Part shown: one piece after another, positions 18,231 to 24,695 of the stretch
How the letters are laid out: the number at the start of each line of letters is the position of its first letter
Position numbering within the stretch: the stretch's first letter is position 1
NCBI GenBank assembly: GCA_040755455.1
Contig: JBFMAY010000050.1
Span: forward strand, 1 to 24,695
From: Thermodesulfobacteriota bacterium
Lineage (GTDB): Bacteria > Desulfobacterota > Desulfobulbia > Desulfobulbales > SURF-16
Direction: 5' to 3'
DNA length: 24,695 bases
Made by a program: the position numbers and the translations under genes
The notes under the pieces: generated by a model
Seen by the model: the letters and a program-made list of their open reading frames with translations, nothing else
What the model was told of the DNA's origin: nothing
Databases searched by the model: none

Positions 18231-21200
18231 ATGAAAAATTTGAAATTAAGAACAAAGCTGATCATCACTGTGATGGGAATTATTTCATTCATGGTCATTC
18301 CTTTCATGGTTGCTGCTCAATATACCTTCAGCAGGGCCTTAATGGAGGAATACCACCAGCGAGCCGCCTTACTTGCCCGCTATATAGATACCCGGATCAT
18401 GGATTCATTGCTGGCTGGAAACGAAAAAGAAGCCGGGCTGACGTTATCAAGAATCAAGGAAGAGGAAAAGGACATCGAGTATGTCTTTATTATCACGCCG
18501 GAAGGCCGTGTCTCGGTATCCACCTTTGCTGAAGGCGTGCCTCCCGGACTGCTCAGGGCAAATCAGGCTGATCAAGACCTCCCGTACAATCTGAAGCATA
18601 TCAAAACGGAAAAAGGCGTCATGCTGGACATTGCCATTCCTCTTCGCAAAGGAACATTGGGAACTGCGCGCATCGCGATAAGTGAAGAACATGCACGTCA
18701 TCATGTCGTCCTGTTGATCAAATCAGTTTCGGCCATTGCTGTCGGCGTCTTGCTTGGCGGGGTGATATTGGCCTTGGTGCTTGCCCGGCTCACCACCAGG
18801 CCGGTGGAAAATCTTAGAGAGGTCGCCGATGCCATCAGCAAGGGTGACCTGGAAAAAACCGCCGTGAGCGACACAAAAGACGAGATCGGCCAATTGGCCG
18901 CCTCGTTCAACAGGATGACGGAATTCTTAAGAACCACGCTTTCCGAGTTGAATCAGATCTATAACGGTTCCTTAACCTCCATGCGCGTGATTGATAAAAA
19001 CTATAACATTATCAGCCAGAACCGGGCCATGGACAACCTGACGGGAACTCTTGCCAGAGAGACGGTGGGGAAAAAATGTTATGAAGTCTTCCCCGGCGCC
19101 TGCTGCCATACTGATAATTGCTCTTTAAGAATGATCCTCAGAGGGGAGCAATGGCTCGACAGGGAGGACGAAAGAAAGACCATGGAGGGTGCGATGATTC
19201 CTTGCCGAGTCATGGCCACTCCCTTCAAGGACGGCACGGGGACGCTGAAAGGGGTCATTGAGGTCTTTACCGACATAACCGAATCCAAAAGGTTTATCAA
19301 GGAGCTTCAGACCCGGACCAGGAATCTGGAGGAGAGCAATCGCATCCAGGAGGCCTATGGCGCCGTGGTCACCATCTTGAATTCAGGCCTGGAGATGACA
19401 CCCCTCTTATACGAGATAATTGACGAAATAGCCGGGTACATGGACGCCCAGCTCGGCGTGATTTATCTGTACACTGAAGAAGATAAGCGACTTAGGCCGG
19501 CCGCGTCGTATGCCCTTGATAAGGAGGCGATTGAAGAAGGGTTCGGGATCGGCCAGGGCCTCCCGGGGCAGGCGGCCGAAGCCGGTAAGATGATTCTTGT
19601 GGCGGATGTGCCCGCCGACTATTTTCATATCGCTTCCGGCGGCGGCCGGCGGCTGCCGGAAAACATCATCTGCCTGCCCATAACTTTTCATGATACGCTC
19701 GTGGGAGTCATGGAATTAGCCAGCATCCATGCGTTTACCGAGGAGAATATCAAGTTTTTGCGGGTAGTCGCCAGCCAGCTCGGCACAGGAATCAACAATG
19801 TCATTTCCCACCGCAAGGTGGAGGAGTTGGCGGTGGTCCTGCAGGATAAGAATGAACTCCTGTCTTCTCAGAATGAAGAACTGCAGGCCCAGAGCGAAGA
19901 ATTGATCGCTCAGAGCGAGGAACTGCAGGCCCAGGCTGAAGAACTCGAGGCTCAGAAGAAAATGCTGGAAGAAAAAACCTGTCAGGTGCAAGAAGCGGAT
20001 CGCTTGAAATCAGAGTTTCTTTCGAATATGTCTCACGAATTACGGACACCGCTCAATGCCGCCCTGGGAATGACCAGGCTGATGGCTGATGGAGGTGCCG
20101 GGCCGCTCACCGAGAAACAAAAAGGATACCTGGAAATTATCAAGAGAAACGGTGAGAATCTGCTGCAGCTGATAAACGATATCCTGGACCTTTCCAGGAT
20201 AGAATCAGGCAGGATCGAGATTTCCGCCGGGGCCGTCCATCTCGGCATGTTTGTAAACAGCATTGCCGCCTCCATGAAGTCCCTTTTTGATGAGAAAGGA
20301 TTATCATTGAACATCCATATTGATGACCATCTCATCCTGCAAAACGACGCGGACAAGCTCAAGCAGATTCTGGTCAACCTGCTGGGGAATGCGGTCAAGT
20401 TTACTGCCCGGGGTGGGATCTCGATCGCTGCCAGGGAAGAAACGAATGATGACGGAAAAAAGATGGTAAAAATAAGCGTGACGGATACCGGCATAGGCCT
20501 GGAGGAAAAGAATCTGACTTGCATCTTTGACGCCTTCAGGCAGATCGATGGTTCCGTCACGAGACGATACGGAGGCACCGGACTTGGTCTCAGCATCTGC
20601 TGGAAACTGAGCCAGCTATTAGGAGGACGAATAGAAGTTGAAAGTGAGTTCGGCAAAGGGTCCAGCTTTACCGTCATCCTGCCGAAGGAGCTGACGATTG
20701 CCAAAAGCCCGCAGGTGACGGATTGGAAGGAAAAGGTTAAGGAAGCGCTCCTGGATGATGCCCGGATGCAGCCGGACCAACTGTATAAAACCATGCAGGT
20801 TTCGAAAGAAATCCTCATCATAGATGATGATCCCATCGTGATAAGAGAATTGAAAGCGCTTCTCAAGGATGAAAAATACTGGCTCCGGTTTGCCTTTAAC
20901 GGTCCGGAAGGGCTGCGGCGGATTGAGGAGCATACGCCCGACCTTATCCTGCTTGATCTTCAAATGCCCGAAATGAATGGTTTTCAGGTGTTGACAAAAT
21001 TGGCGGCGGATGAACGGCAGAAAAAGATACCGGTCATAATCCTTACCGCCCTTGACGTGACTAAAGAAGAGAAGAAGCACTTTGGGCAAAATGTCAAAGG
21101 GGTGATCGTTAAAGGAGGAATCGACAAGTCAACCCTCATCAATCAGCTCAGTGGTGTCTTGAATGTGGAAGGACCTTTACCGGAGAAAACGGATGAGCCC

Positions 21201-21599
21201 CGGCCATTGCCAAGAAAAAGAAAAAAGGCCCTCCCGCCTTTTAAAATATTGATCGTCGAGGACAACCCGGACAATATGATCCTGATCAAGGAGACCCTGA
21301 AAACCTCAGGTTATATCCTCTTTTCCGCTGAAAACGGCGAAAAGGGCGTGGCTGTCGCCCAAAAGGAGCTGCCGGATTTGATCCTCATGGATATCCAGAT
21401 GCCGGGCATGGGAGGCGCCGAAGCAAGCCAAAGAATAAGAAAAGTGGCCGCCCTGAGGGACGTTCCCATTATCGCCTTGACGGCCAGGGCCATGAAGGGC
21501 GAACAAGAGGCAATTTTGGAGGCGGGTCTGGACGATTATCTGGCAAAGCCCTTCAGCCCCAAGGATTTAATAGATAAAACAGCCCGATGGCTAGGCTGA
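18231..21599 (+). CDS. Large hybrid histidine kinase (2 TM, HAMP, PAS, GAF, coiled coil, HisKA, HATPase, 2 REC)
   Basis: HAMP DEIGQLAASFNRM; GAF GQGLPGQAA; FLSNMSHELRTPLN; NLLGNAVKFT; GGTGLGL; REC motifs LIIDDD and LIVEDN. Confidence 0.94.
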   Translation: MKNLKLRTKLIITVMGIISFMVIPFMVAAQYTFSRALMEEYHQRAALLARYIDTRIMDSLLAGNEKEAGLTLSRIKEEEKDIEYVFIITPEGRVSVSTFAEGVPPGLLRANQADQDLPYNLKHIKTEKGVMLDIAIPLRKGTLGTARIAISEEHARHHVVLLIKSVSAIAVGVLLGGVILALVLARLTTRPVENLREVADAISKGDLEKTAVSDTKDEIGQLAASFNRMTEFLRTTLSELNQIYNGSLTSMRVIDKNYNIISQNRAMDNLTGTLARETVGKKCYEVFPGACCHTDNCSLRMILRGEQWLDREDERKTMEGAMIPCRVMATPFKDGTGTLKGVIEVFTDITESKRFIKELQTRTRNLEESNRIQEAYGAVVTILNSGLEMTPLLYEIIDEIAGYMDAQLGVIYLYTEEDKRLRPAASYALDKEAIEEGFGIGQGLPGQAAEAGKMILVADVPADYFHIASGGGRRLPENIICLPITFHDTLVGVMELASIHAFTEENIKFLRVVASQLGTGINNVISHRKVEELAVVLQDKNELLSSQNEELQAQSEELIAQSEELQAQAEELEAQKKMLEEKTCQVQEADRLKSEFLSNMSHELRTPLNAALGMTRLMADGGAGPLTEKQKGYLEIIKRNGENLLQLINDILDLSRIESGRIEISAGAVHLGMFVNSIAASMKSLFDEKGLSLNIHIDDHLILQNDADKLKQILVNLLGNAVKFTARGGISIAAREETNDDGKKMVKISVTDTGIGLEEKNLTCIFDAFRQIDGSVTRRYGGTGLGLSICWKLSQLLGGRIEVESEFGKGSSFTVILPKELTIAKSPQVTDWKEKVKEALLDDARMQPDQLYKTMQVSKEILIIDDDPIVIRELKALLKDEKYWLRFAFNGPEGLRRIEEHTPDLILLDLQMPEMNGFQVLTKLAADERQKKIPVIILTALDVTKEEKKHFGQNVKGVIVKGGIDKSTLINQLSGVLNVEGPLPEKTDEPRPLPRKRKKALPPFKILIVEDNPDNMILIKETLKTSGYILFSAENGEKGVAVAQKELPDLILMDIQMPGMGGAEASQRIRKVAALRDVPIIALTARAMKGEQEAILEAGLDDYLAKPFSPKDLIDKTARWLG
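19869..19952 (+). repeat. Four in-frame 21-nt (heptad) tandem repeats
   Basis: cagaatgaagaactgcaggcc / cagagcgaagaattgatcgct / cagagcgaggaactgcaggcc / caggctgaagaactcgaggct = QNEELQA QSEELIA QSEELQA QAEELEA. Confidence 0.85.
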
Positions 21600-21645
21600 C
21601 CGGCCGGCCCGGCAATTCAACCTTAGAAATGAATGGAGAGTTGAG

Positions 21646-22780
21646 GTGCAAGACAAACCCGCCATAATGATCGTTGATGACAAGGAAAATAATGTCAGGC
21701 TGCTGGAATGTTTTTTACTTCCATGCGGCTATCGGGTGATCAAGGCGTATGATGGCAGGCAGGCGTTACAACTATTGGAAGAGGCCGCGGTTGATTTGAT
21801 TTTCTTGGATATCGTCATGCCCGGATTGAACGGCTTTGATGTCCTGAAGATTATCAAGGGAAACGAAAAAAACAGATTTATTCCGGTGATTCTGCTTACC
21901 GCCGTCACCTCAAAACAGGACAGAATCAAGGGACTGGAACTGGGGGCTGATGATTTCATCTCCAAGCCCTTTGATTCCAGTGAGTTACTGGCCAGAACCA
22001 AATCACTTTTGAGAATCAAAACCCTCTACGACAGACTCCAACAGAGTTACGAAGACTTAAAGAAAGCGGAACAGGGCAGGGAACTGATCACCCATATGGT
22101 CGCCCATGATATGAGAAGTCCCCTGCTGGTGATCCATGGCTCTCTTCAATTGTTGTCAGCGGAACTGGAAAAACGTTTTACATGCCTTGAAGAATTTGAT
22201 GACTTTCTTCATCCGCGCACCATCCTGCGGATGTGCAAGCGACTGGAAAGGTTAATTGATGATATGTTGGACACTTGTAAAATTGAAGACGGCCGGTTTG
22301 TGTTGACGCGAGAGTCCGTCGACGTTGGTGATCTGTTCCGCAAACTGATAAATGAATATAAGGGAGAGGCGGCTAAGAAGTCCGCTGAACTGCATTTTCA
22401 AACGACCAATGACATTCCATTGATTGAGGCTGACCGTAATCTTATAACCAGAGTGCTTGAAAACCTGATTTTTAATGCAATGAAAAATATTTCGAATAAA
22501 GGAGAAATTTGTCTCAAGGCCTTTTTTGATATTTCCGCCGGTCTCGTGCATATCAGTGTTGTTGACAACGGCCGCGGCATCCCTCCGGAATATCTCTCCA
22601 GCATCTTTGATAAATATGCCCAGGTGAGAATGAAAAGAGAAGGGGTGACTCACAAGCCCGGGGCTGGGATTGACTTTCTGCAAAATGGCCGTGGAGGCCC
22701 ACGGCGGCAATATATGGGTGGAAAGCGCTCCAGGAAGGGGCAGCGCCTTTTCATTTACCCTTCCCAGCCCCCTCACCTAG
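21646..22780 (+). pseudogene. REC-HisKA-HATPase hybrid kinase with a frameshift just before the G2 box (pseudogene or sequence error)
   Basis: GTG start after [55 protein letters not shown] lies in the +1 frame from ~22658 and ends at TAG 22778-22780. Confidence 0.85.
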
Positions 22781-23772
22781 ACTGACCCAGAAGAAGGCGG
22801 GTTGCCGGCCTCCTTGAGGGTAATCGTATATTTCTTTGCCAGGCAATGGGGGCCGAGCGCCAGCTTGGCCTTGCGTAAACTTTCGATCCCCAAATCCTCC
22901 ATCCTGTTGATATAGGCGCAATCAGCCCACACCTGTTCGCAAAATGTCTGACTCAGACATTGGCTCAGTCCGAGATAAGCATGATCGGCCTTCTCGATAT
23001 GAATCAGAGCGGTTTGCTTGTTGAGCTTTTCACCAACCGTGAAGGCGCGTATTTCCCCGTCTATACGTACAGTCAGACCGGTGAGTTCCAGCTCTGCAAA
23101 GTTTAACAGGATCTTCCGGGCGGTTTCGACCTCGGCCTTCAAAAAGACAACCGGATCAAGCGGGGGATCAGCATGGATATCGATCTTCTGCGTTAATGCC
23201 AGGAGTCTCCTCTCCAGCCACTCATAGTTAAACCGCAGACATTCCTCCAGGTTGCCATGATGCAGAAACTCAACGCAGTATTGAGGGTAGTTCTGCTTGA
23301 ATCGCTTGATAAAATTTCTTTGGCCGTGATAGCGTCTGCCACCCAGGCTTATCAAATCCTCTGACCGATAAATATAATCTGAGATATCCAAATCTTCGTG
23401 GACAACGTATCTGTCCTGATCCCCCAGATAGGTAAGGACGAATTTTTCCGCGGCGCGCCGCATGACGGGCCGGATATTTCGCCTCCTCATGAGCTCAAAA
23501 CAGGCATCCAGGGATTCCAGGACATGGCCCCAACCCAGTGGTGGAAAGAAGAACTCTTTTTCTGGGGTCGTATCGGTATCACTGAACAGACAGACGGAGT
23601 CAGCAAATCTGCTGATCCGGATATTGTAAAATTCCTGCCAGATGAACAGGTTGGTAAAACAGCGATCGGATATCTCCGGCTGCAGTTGCCGGAAATAAGG
23701 GAGCAGGTATGCTCTATCACGCAATTCCAACGCCCTGAATGCCGGGAATTCCGGAATGCCGTTACTGTTCAT
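22777..23772 (-). CDS. DUF2156 / phosphatidylglycerol lysyltransferase C-terminal-like (aminoacyl-tRNA-dependent transferase fold) protein
   Basis: [55 protein letters not shown] motifs of stand-alone DUF2156 proteins; no TM domain. Confidence 0.85.
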   Translation of the reverse strand: MNSNGIPEFPAFRALELRDRAYLLPYFRQLQPEISDRCFTNLFIWQEFYNIRISRFADSVCLFSDTDTTPEKEFFFPPLGWGHVLESLDACFELMRRRNIRPVMRRAAEKFVLTYLGDQDRYVVHEDLDISDYIYRSEDLISLGGRRYHGQRNFIKRFKQNYPQYCVEFLHHGNLEECLRFNYEWLERRLLALTQKIDIHADPPLDPVVFLKAEVETARKILLNFAELELTGLTVRIDGEIRAFTVGEKLNKQTALIHIEKADHAYLGLSQCLSQTFCEQVWADCAYINRMEDLGIESLRKAKLALGPHCLAKKYTITLKEAGNPPSSGSV

Positions 23773-24176
23773 CAGAGCCTAACCGTATCTTTGTAATATT
23801 TCAGGCCCCGCTCGATAAGATTTGTTTCTCTTTCCTTATTGGGGTAGTAGCGGGCAACAAATTCCAGGATGCGCGGGATTATCGCCTGATCGATGTACGA
23901 GCAAGTATATAAATCGATGCTGACAAACCCCTTATCCGTCATGGTGTGCAGCTGAATGCCTGATTCGACCAGTCCCACCCAGCCGGATAAGCCGCCCTTT
24001 CCTGCCCATTCTGCCGGCGTGACATATATATGAGGCAGACTTTGCTTATGCATGCCGATATGCTCCGGCAGCTTGTTCAGAAAATTATAACCAAGGCTGA
24101 GATCTTCGCACTTAGCCGGGTTCACATCATAGAGGTCCATAGTAAGCAAATACCCGAATATCTTACTTTGTTCCAT
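23772..24176 (-). CDS. S-adenosylmethionine decarboxylase-family pyruvoyl proenzyme (SpeD-like; substrate uncertain)
   Basis: FGYLLTMDLY; GLSGWVGLVE|SGIQLHT self-cleavage site; SIDLYTC; IERG; 134 aa; AGGAG RBS. Confidence 0.82.
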   Translation of the reverse strand: MEQSKIFGYLLTMDLYDVNPAKCEDLSLGYNFLNKLPEHIGMHKQSLPHIYVTPAEWAGKGGLSGWVGLVESGIQLHTMTDKGFVSIDLYTCSYIDQAIIPRILEFVARYYPNKERETNLIERGLKYYKDTVRL

Positions 24177-24218
24177 TATTACTCTCCTTTCTGCAACAAC
24201 GCTGAGTCAGTAAAAAAT

Positions 24219-24293
24219 TGGAGGCGACGAATGGAATCGAACCACTGAGAAAAGGTTTTGCAGACCTTCGCCTTACCACTTGGCTACGTCGCC
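24219..24293 (-). tRNA. tRNA-Cys (GCA)
   Basis: GGCGACG TA GCCAAGTGGTAAGGC G AAGGT CTGCAAA ACCTT TTCTC AGTGG TTCGATT CCATT CGTCGCC T CCA: full cloverleaf, GCA anticodon, U73, encoded CCA. Confidence 0.96.
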
Positions 24294-24324
24294 TTTCGTT
24301 TATTCCTATCTTAATAATCTAAAA

Positions 24325-24340
24325 AGCATTAATTATGCCA
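24325..24340 (-). promoter_or_regulatory. Putative sigma-54 promoter upstream of tRNA-Cys
   Basis: Minus strand TGGCATAATTAATGCT = TGGCA with GG-N10-GC; predicted start ~20 nt before the tRNA; Fis-HTH activator gene lies upstream. Confidence 0.65.
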
Positions 24341-24574
24341 CGTATGACTTTGAGGCTGGCCATCACCATGCCAAAAACAGCTGGTTAGCTGGTTATAGGG
24401 TAAGAATGTTTGGAGGGAACCCTATGGATGAGATGTTGCCGGGGAAGATAGTTGACGATATGTATCTTTTTGCTACGATTATTGCTTCTGCTGCAGGGAA
24501 TTATTAACGGAAGATGTTGAATTATCTATATTTTTCTGATTTCGTATCATTTTCTATACAGTTTCAATTTTTTA

Positions 24575-24695
24575 CTACACCTTGTCTTTATAATTCTCAA
24601 CCTTAATGCCATAACGTTTTATCTTGTCATAGAGGTTTGGACGGATAATCCCTGTCTCCCTTGCCGCCTGAGCGATATTTCCCTTGCAGTGCTTC
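24575..24695 (-). CDS. C-terminal Fis-type HTH of a probable sigma-54-dependent activator (partial, runs off the window)
   Basis: KHCKGNIAQAARETGIIRPNLYDKIKRYGIKVENYKDKV* matches the GN...AA..LGI.R..LY.K.K.YGI HTH_8 pattern; not in the supplied ORF track. Confidence 0.8.
   Translation of the reverse strand, partial: KHCKGNIAQAARETGIIRPNLYDKIKRYGIKVENYKDKV

Noticed and set aside
19869..19952. CRISPR-like array
   Set aside because: In-frame coding heptad repeats with no spacers and no cas genes
24219..24293. tRNA-Cys as the attachment site of an integrated element
   Set aside because: No integrase and no duplicate of the tRNA 3' end noticed in the window; cannot be excluded outside it
24030..24507. 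Short + strand ORFs 24030-24248 and 24280-24507
   Set aside because: Overlap the tRNA, the SpeD-like gene and promoter DNA on the opposite strand; no coding signature

Overview
Signal-transduction-rich region of a probable anaerobic Desulfobacterota (delta-proteobacterial-type) genome; the taxon is inferred from gene families only. The + strand (262-22785) carries a LivJ-like periplasmic binding protein plus hybrid kinase, a tandem V4R pair plus PAS hybrid kinase, a ~7-heme c-type cytochrome, a stand-alone Cache protein plus MCP, a PAS kinase, and an operon with an Xis-like HTH-REC regulator, a CheD-HDOD fusion, CheR, REC-HisKA, a large hybrid kinase and a frameshifted REC-kinase. Gene relics are interspersed: a NarL/LuxR fragment, two CZB-chemoreceptor fragments, and a 5'-deleted, frameshifted nrdD still abutting tandem NrdR boxes. 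The best candidate for an undescribed system is on the - strand at the right end. There, the Fis-HTH tail of a probable sigma-54 activator precedes a sigma-54 promoter, a tRNA-Cys(GCA) with an AU/GU-rich T-stem, a pyruvoyl SpeD-family decarboxylase and a translationally coupled DUF2156 (aminoacyl-tRNA-dependent transferase-like) gene. This suggests an inducible unit supplying its own tRNA for non-ribosomal cysteinyl transfer, which is a hypothesis.
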